This document shows, in pieces, positions 46,923-56,789 of a stretch of 64,000 nt of DNA. Both the position numbers and the translations under genes were made by a program. The stretch is from contig JAGFNW010000027.1 of NCBI GenBank assembly GCA_017592665.1, positions 28,264 through 92,263 on the forward strand, in the 5' to 3' direction. The notes beneath the pieces were generated by a model. It had not been told where the DNA came from. It saw only the letters and a program-made list of their open reading frames with translations, and did no database searches. How positions within the stretch are numbered: position 1 is the stretch's first letter; each line of letters starts with the position of its first letter. This DNA comes from Streptosporangiaceae bacterium NEAU-GS5 (GTDB lineage: Bacteria > Actinomycetota > Actinomycetes > Streptosporangiales > Streptosporangiaceae).

Positions 46923-47401
46923 AGATCGGACTCGTCATGCGCGACCTGCACGGCCGCGAGAACGACCTGGCCCATCACCTGCTGCTCGTCTCCGAGCGGC
47001 ACAAGGCCGACCACGAGGTCTACCATCTGGCCCGCGACCTCGCCGTCTGGTCCCAGCGGCACGTCCGCGCCCTGGCCGAGGCGGCCCCCTCGTACGGCAT
47101 CGACCTGTCGGCCGAGCCCGAAGGGAAGGCCACGCTCGCCGAGCGCCTGCGCGAGAGGGGCAGCGAGTTGCTGGGCCTGCGCAGCGACGCCGGCCTGCTG
47201 ATGCTGCGGGATCTCCGCACCGTCTACACCGAGGCCGCCGGCATCTCCCTCGACTGGGAGATGGTCGGCCAGGCCGCCAAGGCCGCTCAGGATGACCAGT
47301 TGCTCCAGCTCGTACAGCAGTGCCACCCCGACACCCTCCGCCAGATGCGCTGGGCCAACGCCAAACTCAAGGAGTCCAGCCCCCAAGTCCTGGTCGGCTG
47401 A
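46919..47401 (+). CDS. hypothetical protein, translationally coupled to the molybdoenzyme gene
   Basis: GTG 46919 overlaps the upstream stop (ATGTGA). 160 aa, no recognised domain. Confidence 0.45.
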   Translation: MKIGLVMRDLHGRENDLAHHLLLVSERHKADHEVYHLARDLAVWSQRHVRALAEAAPSYGIDLSAEPEGKATLAERLRERGSELLGLRSDAGLLMLRDLRTVYTEAAGISLDWEMVGQAAKAAQDDQLLQLVQQCHPDTLRQMRWANAKLKESSPQVLVG

Positions 47402-47519
47402 CGCGCTCTGGCCGAGCGGCGGTGTTTGCCCCGGACGCCAGGGGCAGGGGATGCCGCGCCACTGAGCCACCACTGTTCGGCAGCCCGACCCGCTCGATCA
47501 TCCGCGATCTGCGGGGTAG

Positions 47520-47912
47520 TTGTCATTCGTGAGGTACGGAATATGGGCGGGCGCCGTCGCGGTGTCGCTTCTCGCCGGATGCGCGAGCGCACAGGCCCCC
47601 GCCGCGACGCGCGTCGCCGAGGGCTTCTACGCCGCCGTCGCCGCCGCGGACGGCGCCGTGGCATGCGCCTACCTGACACCGTCCGCCGCTGAGTCGCTGG
47701 CCGACGACGGCGACTGCGCGAGCGCCTTGCTCGACCTGAAACTCACGGCGACCCCCGCACCCGCCCGGACCGAGATCTGGGGAGATGAGGCGCAGGTCAA
47801 GCTCGGCGGCGACACGCTCTTCCTGCACCGCAGCGGCCAGGGGTGGCGGATCCGTGCGGCGGGTTGCCGGCCGATGGGCGTGCGGCCTTACCAGTGCGAA
47901 ATCGAGGGCTGA
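47520..47912 (+). CDS. putative lipoprotein
   Basis: Signal peptide with lipobox 'SLLAGCAS'. Start uncertain. Confidence 0.5.
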   Translation: MSFVRYGIWAGAVAVSLLAGCASAQAPAATRVAEGFYAAVAAADGAVACAYLTPSAAESLADDGDCASALLDLKLTATPAPARTEIWGDEAQVKLGGDTLFLHRSGQGWRIRAAGCRPMGVRPYQCEIEG

Positions 47913-48222
47913 GATGCGGACCATGTTCGTGATCACGCTTGCAGGATCCGGTGAGCTGGGGCGGCTATGTGGCCTCTGCGGATTTCTGGAACCGGACGTT
48001 GCAGAACTGGCAGTCGGAATTCCTTGCCGTCCTGTCCATGGTCGCGTTGTCGATCTATCTGCGCCAGCGCGGATCACCCGAGTCGAAGCCGGTCGGCACC
48101 CCGCACGAAACGACGAGCGAGGAGAATTAGGGCAGCGCCACCGCGTGTCGACGCTTTCCACGAGGCTGGTAGGGAGGGCAAGCCGAGTGTGCCGGCATGA
48201 AAGGTGGGGGAAGGGCTGGATT

Positions 48223-48783
48223 ATGCGCGATGAGACCAATGACCGCACGCCCGCGACGGCTGTTGTCGTCATGGACATGCTGAACACCTACGACCACGAT
48301 GACGCCGAACTTCTGGCCATGAACGTGGAACCGATGGTCCCCTCCCTGTCCGAACTCATTCAGCGCGCTCGGACCACCGAAGGCGTCCAGCTTGTCTTCG
48401 TAAACGACTCTCACGGCGACTTCACGGCCACGCGGGACGACATCGTGGCTCGTGCGCTCACCGGCAGGCGCCCGGATCTCGTGAAGCCGTTGCTGCCGAT
48501 AGATGACTGCGCGTTCCTGCCGAAGGTTCGGCACAGTGCCTTCTTCGGCACGCCGCTTGAATATCTGCTGCGCCGCGAGAGGATCGAGACGGTTGTGCTC
48601 GCTGGACAGGTGACGGAGCAATGCGTCCTTTACAGCGCACTAGACGCTTATATCCGGGAATTTGCCGTCCGAGTGGCTTCCAACTGCGTCGCCGCCATCC
48701 ATTCGAATCTGGGTAAAGCGGCTCTGGAGATGATCGAGCGGAACATGCGCGGCGAAGTCCGCCCGGCGGAGGCATGCCTCTGA
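48223..48783 (+). CDS. isochorismatase-family cysteine hydrolase
   Basis: 'AVVVMDMLNTY...VFVNDSHGDF...VVLAGQVTEQCVLYSALDA' covers the catalytic D/K/C triad region. ATG at 48223. Confidence 0.8.
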   Translation: MRDETNDRTPATAVVVMDMLNTYDHDDAELLAMNVEPMVPSLSELIQRARTTEGVQLVFVNDSHGDFTATRDDIVARALTGRRPDLVKPLLPIDDCAFLPKVRHSAFFGTPLEYLLRRERIETVVLAGQVTEQCVLYSALDAYIREFAVRVASNCVAAIHSNLGKAALEMIERNMRGEVRPAEACL

Positions 48784-48854
48784 ACGGCCGGGCATGAGCC
48801 CGAAGTGGCCCGGTGCACGCCCCCCATGACGGGAATCCACAATGATGGACCTTC

Positions 48855-49271
48855 ATGGACGCAGCCGGTGCACGAGATCGAGTGGCCGCGGCCCAGGTGG
48901 CCCGCCTGGCAACCGTTGGCGCCGACGGCATCCCCCACCTTGTGCCGGTGACATTCGCGCAGCAGGAAGACCACATCGTCATCGCGGTCGATCACAAGCC
49001 GAAGAAGTCGGTGAATCTCCGGCGGCTGCGCAACATCGCCGAGAACCCGCACGTCTGCATCCTCGTCGATCACTACGCCGACGACTGGACCCAGCTGTGG
49101 TGGGCGCGGGCGGACGGCATCGCCACCATCCACGAGAACGACGAGCGCAGTGACGAGGCGCTTGCCCTGCTCGTCGCCAAATACGACCAATATCGAGAGC
49201 ACATCCCCGAGGGGCCGATCATCGACATCGGGGTCACCCGGTGGACCGGCTGGTCCTACACGGCGGAATGA
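48855..49271 (+). CDS. PPOX-class (pyridoxamine 5'-phosphate oxidase-like) F420-dependent protein
   Basis: 'VARLATVGADGIPHLVPVTF...NPHVCILVDHYADDW' is typical of the TIGR03618-like split-barrel family. Confidence 0.75.
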   Translation: MDAAGARDRVAAAQVARLATVGADGIPHLVPVTFAQQEDHIVIAVDHKPKKSVNLRRLRNIAENPHVCILVDHYADDWTQLWWARADGIATIHENDERSDEALALLVAKYDQYREHIPEGPIIDIGVTRWTGWSYTAE

Positions 49272-49692
49272 CACATGCTCCCCATCAACCCCGACGCACC
49301 CCCACTAGCCACCGGCCGCGACGCCGACACCTAGGACGCACCGCCACGGGCGACCGCGTCCTCGCGATCGTGCTCGGCCCGCTGGAACGTCAGACGCCCC
49401 TTCGGCCGGCAGTGGCGTCGATGTTGAGCGCCGAGTCCAAGGAGCCGGTGATGAGACGGAGCGGGCAGGGAAGTCCGTGACGGCGATGCTCACGGTCGGC
49501 GGCCTTGCGCTTACCCGGGTTGTCTGCCGCGCGAGGACCAGAAGATCGCGCTGCACCTGCCCGGCACCACGCCCTGCCGGCCGGATCGTCTTCCACGGCG
49601 AACACCTGCCGGCATCCGGCCTGTTCGCCGAGCCCACCCGCCCTGGCCGTGCTTTACCTGGCCAGGGGTCTTACCTTGCCGATCTGCGGCCG

Positions 49693-49765
49693 TGCCCCCG
49701 GCGGGACTTGAACCCGCACTCGAGCCCTTTTAAGGGGCTTGCCTCTGCCATTGGGCTACGGGGGC
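49693..49765 (-). tRNA. class-I tRNA-like gene with anticodon UAA (reads UUA), 73 nt, discriminator A73, no encoded CCA
   Basis: Manually folded from the sequence: 7-bp acceptor stem GCCCCCG/CGGGGGC, T arm GCGGG-TTCAAGT-CCCGC, anticodon stem AGCCC/GGGCT with loop CUUAAAA, 5-nt variable loop. The short variable arm is atypical for tRNA-Leu. Confidence 0.55.
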
Positions 49766-49892
49766 GCCGCGATCATACGGCACGGACTCCGCTTCTGTAA
49801 CGGGTTGGACCTTACGCCCCCGGGTGATCGTTTGTACGGCTCTCGCCCCGATTGGTCAGCGGAAAAAGCCCAGATAGGCATACATGTGCCGA

Positions 49893-49917
49893 GCGCCGGA
49901 CAAGATCCGTCCGGCGC
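49893..49917. terminator. perfect 9-bp stem hairpin (gcgccggac-aagatcc-gtccggcgc) about 95 bp downstream of ndh
   Basis: Seen directly in the sequence. No U-tract, as is usual for actinobacterial terminators. Confidence 0.35.
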
Positions 49918-50008
49918 CCGTGAGCGGGTCAGTCTGAAATTTCAAAGCGGCACACGAGCGCCGCCGCGCGCCTCCAGCCCCAGGCGACGCCTTGTGCCGC
50001 AGGCCCGG

Positions 50009-51346
50009 CTAGGTCGTGTGCTTGGTCGCGGCGCGGAAGACGTCGCGAGGGTGTTCGAGCTCGCCGAGGGAGACGGTCTCACGGCGGAAGAACAGCGAGA
50101 GCGTCCAGTCGGCCACGACGCGGACCTTGCGGTTCCAGGTCGGGATCCGCGACAGGTGGTACGTGCGGTGCATGAACCACGCGGGGAAGCCGCGCAGCTT
50201 GATGCCGTAGACGTTGGCCACGCCCCGATGGAGGCCCAGCCCGGCCACCGACCCGGCGTACTTGTGGCGGTACTCCGCGAGCGGCTGGTCCCGCAGATAG
50301 GCGGTGATGTTGTCGCCGAGGACCTTGGCCTGCCGTACGGCGTGCTGGGCGTTGGGGGCGCAGTATTCGCCCGGCTTGGTGACGTCGGGAACACCGGCCA
50401 CGTCGCCGGCGGCGAAGGCGTCCTTGACCCCGGCGACCGTGAGCCGCGTGGTGGTCTTGATCCGGCCGCGCTCGTCCAGGGGCAGGTCGCCGGCGTTGAC
50501 GATCGGGCTGGCCTTCACGCCCGCGGTCCACACGATCGTGGCCGACTCGAACTCGTCGCCGTCCGACGTCTTGACCAGCCCGCCTTCGCAGGACTTCAGC
50601 AGGGTCTCCATCTTGAGCTCGATGCCGCGCTCGCGCAGCTGCTCGGCCGTCCATTCGCCCATCTCGGGGCCGACTTCGGGCAGGATCCGGTTGGACGCCT
50701 CGATCAGCACCCAGCGCAGCTCGTCGCGTTTGATCGACGGGTAGTACTTGATCGCGTCGCTGGTCATGTCTTCGAGCTCGGCGAGGGCCTCGATGCCGGC
50801 GAAGCCGCCGCCGACGACCACGAAGGTCAGGGCGCGCCGCCGGATGTCCTCGGCGTCCGGGCTCTCGGGGTCGGCCGACTCGGCCCGGTCGAGCAGGGCG
50901 AGGACCCGGTTGCGCAGCGCGATGGCCTCACCGACGGTCTTGAAGCCGATGGCGGCGTCGGCCAGGCCGGGGATCGGCAGCGTACGCGAGATGGATCCGG
51001 CGGCCATCACGACGACGTCGTAGGTGATTTCGCGGGCCTGACCGGCGACCGGCTCGAAGGTGAGGGTGCGCGCCTCGTGGTGCACCTTGGACACGCGCCC
51101 GTTGAGGATGCGCACCTGCGGCAGGACCCGGCGGAGCGGGGCGACGACGTGCCGCGGCGAGATGTTGCCGGCCGCCGCCTCGGGCAGGAACGGCTGGTAG
51201 GTCATGTAGGACTGGGGGTCGATGAGCGTGATCCGCACACTTCCGTCGCGCAGCTCCCGGCGGAGCGTGCGCTGCAGGCGCAGACCGGTGTAGAGGCCGA
51301 CGTATCCACCGCCAACGATCACGATGTGCTTCGCTTTGGCGTTCAC
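50009..51346 (-). CDS. ndh: type II NADH dehydrogenase (NDH-2)
   Basis: 'HIVIVGGGYVGL' and second dinucleotide fold 'FVVVGGGFAGIE', about 445 aa. Confidence 0.9.
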   Translation of the reverse strand: MNAKAKHIVIVGGGYVGLYTGLRLQRTLRRELRDGSVRITLIDPQSYMTYQPFLPEAAAGNISPRHVVAPLRRVLPQVRILNGRVSKVHHEARTLTFEPVAGQAREITYDVVVMAAGSISRTLPIPGLADAAIGFKTVGEAIALRNRVLALLDRAESADPESPDAEDIRRRALTFVVVGGGFAGIEALAELEDMTSDAIKYYPSIKRDELRWVLIEASNRILPEVGPEMGEWTAEQLRERGIELKMETLLKSCEGGLVKTSDGDEFESATIVWTAGVKASPIVNAGDLPLDERGRIKTTTRLTVAGVKDAFAAGDVAGVPDVTKPGEYCAPNAQHAVRQAKVLGDNITAYLRDQPLAEYRHKYAGSVAGLGLHRGVANVYGIKLRGFPAWFMHRTYHLSRIPTWNRKVRVVADWTLSLFFRRETVSLGELEHPRDVFRAATKHTT

Positions 51347-51385
51347 TTGGGTCCCCTCAGACAGCTTGTGAAATCATTCACAAGC

Positions 51386-52159
51386 TTACCCGAGGGCCTT
51401 GGCCCGGGCGAATACCCCATCCAGCATGATTTCCGTCACTCTTCCCGTGAAGGTGTTCTGCTGGCTCGGGTGATAGCAGCCCAGCACATGCCGGCCCTCG
51501 GGCAGCTCGACCTCCACCCCGTGCCCGAACGGCGGCCGCCGCGGCGGCCGATAACCGGCCTCACGCAGCACCGGCCACAGCGCCTGCCAGGCGAAACCGC
51601 CGAGCGCCACGATCACCCGGGGATCGACCAGCTCCAGCTCCCGGCGCAGCCAGGGAAGGCACGTGTCGCGCTCCTCGACCGTCGGCTTGTTCGCGGGCGG
51701 CGCGCAGCGCACGGTCGCGACCATGCGCGCCCCCAGCAGCCGCTGCCCGTCCCCCGCATAGGTGCTGGTCGGCTGGGCCGCCAGCCCGGTCCGATACAGT
51801 GACGCGAAAAGCCAGTCGCCGCTCCGGTCTCCCGTGAAGACCCGCCCCGTACGGTTGCCACCGTGCGCGGCGGGCGCCAGCCCGACGATGAGCACCCGCG
51901 GATCGTCGTCGCCCCATCCTGCGATGGGACGGCCCCAGTATGTCTCGTCCGCGAACGCCTTCCGCTTCACGTCGGCGACGTCCTCACGCCACTCCACCAG
52001 CCGCGGGCAGGCCCGGCAGACCGACACGCGCGCCGTCAACTCGCCGAGCGTACGGCTCTCGCGCGCCAGCTCGGCGACCTCGGCGCCCGAGCCTGCCACG
52101 GGCGTGTCCGGCGTCGCCGGATCGTCCGGCCAGCCCGATCCAGGAGGTACGAAACTCAT
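51386..52159 (-). CDS. uracil-DNA glycosylase, family 4
   Basis: 'CRACPRL' Fe-S Cys region and '[19 protein letters not shown]' family-4 UDG motif. Confidence 0.85.
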   Translation of the reverse strand: MSFVPPGSGWPDDPATPDTPVAGSGAEVAELARESRTLGELTARVSVCRACPRLVEWREDVADVKRKAFADETYWGRPIAGWGDDDPRVLIVGLAPAAHGGNRTGRVFTGDRSGDWLFASLYRTGLAAQPTSTYAGDGQRLLGARMVATVRCAPPANKPTVEERDTCLPWLRRELELVDPRVIVALGGFAWQALWPVLREAGYRPPRRPPFGHGVEVELPEGRHVLGCYHPSQQNTFTGRVTEIMLDGVFARAKALG

Positions 52160-52189
52160 CCCCCGAGGTTAGGGCGTGGCCGACACTCC

Positions 52190-53212
52190 CTAGCCGGCCG
52201 ACGGCGACGGCGACGGCGTCGGAGCAGGCGAAGGCGCAGGAGTAGGAGCAGGAGCGGCGGGCAGGCATGCCGGTGACGGATCCGGCATGGGCACGGACTT
52301 GCCGTCCTGGATCAGCGTCCTCTTCTGGGCGAGCATCTCGGAGACGCGGGTCAGCGGCAGCGGATACGTGGAGTCGCTCGTGGGCTCGCCGCCGCACGTC
52401 TGCGTCAGCATGTAGCCATACATTTCCGGCTGCAGCCGGATCGGCCGCCCGTCCTGGTCGTAGAGCCGCACACCATGCAATGGCGTCCCGTCCGCCGCAT
52501 ACGGGACGATGTTGTAGACCTCGCCGCCGAAACCGGACTCATATTTGATCGCGAGCGCCACCTGCCGGTCTTGCGAGAATCCCGGATAGCCGTCCTCATC
52601 CGCGGCGGCGGCGCCCATGGCCACGCCGCTGAGCAGCGCAAGCGCCGCCGCCGCGTTCGTGATGAAGAGCACCGCACGCCACGACCGCGATCTCGGCTCG
52701 CCGGCCATGGTGCGCATTCCCAGCCACACCGAGATCCAGATGGCGCCGAGCGCGAACAGCCATCCCACGATGTGCGACGGCACGATCTGCGGCTGCTCCA
52801 CAAGCGATAACCCGAGCACCGCCAGCGCGTATCCACGGAACACCCACCACGCCGGGCGCAGATCCGGCAGGAACGCGACGGCCTGCCGGTAGGCCGTCAG
52901 CCCCAGCATCCGCTCGTGGGCGCGGAGTGGCAGCCCGGCGAGCCCCCGCCGCAGCCCCCGCCGCTGTCCGCGCCGCGCGGGCGACGGCCGCGTGTCCCCG
53001 GCTCCCGCGTTCCCAGACTCGGGCTCGTAGGCGGCCCGGAGTTCGGCCGCGTACGCCTCGGGCGAGCCGAGCCGCTCCTCGAGCGGGGTCTCCGACTCGG
53101 CCGCGATGTCGGCCAGGTGGTCGTCCAAATCCTCGAGCAGCTCGTCTCGCTCGGCCTCGGGCAGGTCGGCCAGGGCATCCCGTACGGCTTGCGCATATTC
53201 GCCCGGAGTCAT
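52190..53212 (-). CDS. HAAS/DUF1700-like PadR-associated membrane protein with Pro-rich C-terminus
   Basis: Start ATG 53212 overlaps the PadR stop. N-terminus 'MTPGEYAQAVRDALADLPEAERDELLEDLDDHL' matches DUF1700, followed by TM helices. Confidence 0.6.
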   Translation of the reverse strand: MTPGEYAQAVRDALADLPEAERDELLEDLDDHLADIAAESETPLEERLGSPEAYAAELRAAYEPESGNAGAGDTRPSPARRGQRRGLRRGLAGLPLRAHERMLGLTAYRQAVAFLPDLRPAWWVFRGYALAVLGLSLVEQPQIVPSHIVGWLFALGAIWISVWLGMRTMAGEPRSRSWRAVLFITNAAAALALLSGVAMGAAAADEDGYPGFSQDRQVALAIKYESGFGGEVYNIVPYAADGTPLHGVRLYDQDGRPIRLQPEMYGYMLTQTCGGEPTSDSTYPLPLTRVSEMLAQKRTLIQDGKSVPMPDPSPACLPAAPAPTPAPSPAPTPSPSPSAG

Positions 53213-53559
53213 CACTCGCCAACCTCCTTGAGCAGGCCCTTCATAGTGACGGCGAAGGACGTCCACGTCTTCGCGGACGACGAGAGCAGCGCGCGGCCGG
53301 CCTCGTTGAGCCCGTAGTACTTACGGTGCGGGCCTTCGTCGGACGCGACCACGTACGACGTGAGAGCGCCGGCCTTGAACAGGCGGCGCAACGTCCCGTA
53401 GACCGAGGCGTCGCCGACCTCGGACAGGCCCGCGTCGCGTAGCCGGCGCACCACGTCGTAGCCGTAGCCGTCACCTTCGCGCAGCACGGCGAGCACGGCG
53501 AGATCGAGGACGCCTTTCAGCAGCTGGCTAGTGTCCACACAATGCAGAGTACTGCGCAA
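53212..53559 (-). CDS. PadR family transcriptional regulator
   Basis: 'LAVLAVLREGDGYGYDVVRRL...YGTLRRLFKAGALT...HRKYYGLNEAG'. Confidence 0.85.
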   Translation of the reverse strand: MRSTLHCVDTSQLLKGVLDLAVLAVLREGDGYGYDVVRRLRDAGLSEVGDASVYGTLRRLFKAGALTSYVVASDEGPHRKYYGLNEAGRALLSSSAKTWTSFAVTMKGLLKEVGE

Positions 53560-53565
53560 TGCGCA

Positions 53566-54477
53566 CTACCGGAAGGCCAGCGACCAGGCGATCCCGTCGA
53601 GGATGTCGTGCTCGCTCACAACGACCTCGGCGAAGCCGTAGCGGGCCACGATCCGGTCGAGGATGAGCGCTCCGGCGCCGATGACGTCGACCCGGCCCGG
53701 GTGCATGACCGGGATGGCCGCCCGCTCCTCGTGCGTCATGGTCAGCAGCCGCGCCGTGATCTCGTGCACCTGCCCGGCCGGGATCACCGAGCGGTGGATG
53801 GCGGCCGAGTCGTACGCCGGGAGGCCGAGGGCGATGCCCGCGACCGTGGTCACCGATCCGGCGAGGCCGACCAGCGTGCGTGCGTCCCTGATCGGGACGG
53901 CCTGCTCCACCCGGTCGAGCGCCGCCTCGATGTCGGCCGTCGTGGCGGCGATCGCGGCCGCGTCGGGCGGGTCGTCCTTGAGATGCCGCTCGGTGAGCCG
54001 CACGCACCCGATGTCGACCGACAGGGCGGCCTCGACGACGGCCGACCCGACGACGAACTCGGTGGACCCGCCGCCGATGTCGGTCACGAGGAACGGCTCG
54101 TCGTGGCCGGTCAGCCCACGGGTGGCCCCGGTGAACGAGAGCCGGGCCTCCTCGTCGCCGCTGATCACCTCGGGCGGCACGCCGAAGATCTCCCGCACGC
54201 CCGCGACGAACTCGTCGCGGTTGGCGGCGTCGCGGGTCGCGCTGGTGGCCACGACACGCACCCGCACACCCTCCCCGATCAGCTTCCGATAGCCGCGCAT
54301 GGCCGTGAACGTGCGTTCAAGCGCCTCCGGCGCCAGCCGCCCGGTCTTGTCCACCCCCTGACCGAGCCGGACGATCTCCATGGTCCGCTCGACGTCCGTG
54401 AGGGTGTCGCCGTCGATGTCGGCGATCAGGAGCCGCACCGAATTGGTCCCGCAGTCGATCGCCGCGACCCTGGTCAT
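53566..54477 (-). CDS. ppx: exopolyphosphatase / Ppx-GppA family phosphatase
   Basis: ASKHA fold motifs 'AAIDCGTNSVRLLIA' and 'DIGGGSTE'. ATG at 54477 overlaps the DUF501 stop. The track ORF to 54894 is an artefact. Confidence 0.9.
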   Translation of the reverse strand: MTRVAAIDCGTNSVRLLIADIDGDTLTDVERTMEIVRLGQGVDKTGRLAPEALERTFTAMRGYRKLIGEGVRVRVVATSATRDAANRDEFVAGVREIFGVPPEVISGDEEARLSFTGATRGLTGHDEPFLVTDIGGGSTEFVVGSAVVEAALSVDIGCVRLTERHLKDDPPDAAAIAATTADIEAALDRVEQAVPIRDARTLVGLAGSVTTVAGIALGLPAYDSAAIHRSVIPAGQVHEITARLLTMTHEERAAIPVMHPGRVDVIGAGALILDRIVARYGFAEVVVSEHDILDGIAWSLAFR

Positions 54478-54983
54478 GAATCCTCCGCGAGACATGGGTT
54501 GAGCCACCATTCGGGAAGCAGGTCGAGCGCCTCGCGGCCGAACGGGTTGACCCCCGGGACGGCCAGCTCGTGCGCGACCAGGGCGTGCAGGCATTTGACC
54601 CGGTCGGGCATGCCGCCGGCGCTCTGTGTGCCGGGTGGCAGCGGCTCGAGGCCGTCTTCCTTGGCGGCCGCATCCCGGCGGGCCACGTAATCCTCGTGGG
54701 CCGCGCGATAGGCCTCGGCCGGCTCGGGATCCGCGGCGAGCCGATCCTGCATCCGCCGCATCAGCCCGGACGCCTCCAGCGTGCCGATGGCCGATGCCGC
54801 CTTCGGGCAGGTCAGGTAGTAGAGCGTGGGAAACGGCGAGCCGTCGGCGAGGCGGGGCGAGGTCTCCACCACGTCGGGACGCCCGCAGGGACACCGATGC
54901 GCGACCCCGCGCATCCCCCGCGGCGAACGGCCCAGCTGCGCCTCCACGGCCGCCACATCGGCCGGGTCAACCACCCGTCGCAA
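54474..54983 (-). CDS. DUF501 domain protein
   Basis: Conserved actinobacterial DUF501, positioned between ftsB and ppx. 'CPCGRPDVVETSPRL...PFPTLYYLTCP'. Confidence 0.75.
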   Translation of the reverse strand: MRRVVDPADVAAVEAQLGRSPRGMRGVAHRCPCGRPDVVETSPRLADGSPFPTLYYLTCPKAASAIGTLEASGLMRRMQDRLAADPEPAEAYRAAHEDYVARRDAAAKEDGLEPLPPGTQSAGGMPDRVKCLHALVAHELAVPGVNPFGREALDLLPEWWLNPCLAEDS

Positions 54984-55368
54984 CCCCCTTGCCGCTGTCC
55001 GCGGCCTGCACAGATTCCCACAACGTCAGATACCAGGGGGCCTTGGCCGCGTTCTTCGCGGCCAGTTTGGCCGTGGCACGCCCCGGATCGTCGTCGAGCA
55101 CCACGTAACACTTGGCGTCCGGCTCGCACATGTGCAGCCGGCGCTTTGCCTGCTGCTTTATGTATTCCGGGTCTTCGAGCTGCTTGCGCCGCTCGACCAG
55201 CTTGCCGAGCTGCTGCAGCGCCGCCGTCTTCTGCTGCTCGAGTTGCGCGATCTGGCGGCGCTGCGCGACGTATTCACGAATCGGATAGGCGAGGCTCATG
55301 GAGATGGCGCACACGACGACCGCCAAGATCGCCGCCCGTCCTGTCAGCTGAGGGCGTTTAGTGCTCAT
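54967..55368 (-). CDS. septum formation initiator FtsB/DivIC-like protein
   Basis: Single TM plus coiled coil 'IAQLEQQKTAALQQLGKLVERRKQLEDPEYIKQQAKRRL', immediately downstream of eno. Confidence 0.75.
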   Translation of the reverse strand: MSTKRPQLTGRAAILAVVVCAISMSLAYPIREYVAQRRQIAQLEQQKTAALQQLGKLVERRKQLEDPEYIKQQAKRRLHMCEPDAKCYVVLDDDPGRATAKLAAKNAAKAPWYLTLWESVQAADSGKGVATGG

Positions 55369-55465
55369 CTACCTCGCTTCGCTCAGCGGCTCGGGTGCTC
55401 AGACCCGGCGCCCTCCCTCGTCAGGCCGGACGCCGGCACACCCTCCTGGGCCATGGTTGCCCAAT

Positions 55466-56755
<1,290 letters not shown>

Positions 56756-56789
56756 CTAAGGAGTGGCTGGACAAACTGGCGTCGAAATC

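Noticed and set aside
49272-49692. Possible integrase or mobile-element remnant next to the tRNA-like gene
   Set aside because: Read in all frames, the region shows only low-complexity Arg/Pro translations and no recombinase motifs. No direct repeat of the tRNA 3' end was found nearby.
49693-49765. Calling the tRNA a bldA-type tRNA-Leu(UAA)
   Set aside because: The fold has a 5-nt variable loop (class I), whereas tRNA-Leu is class II. Isotype is left unassigned.
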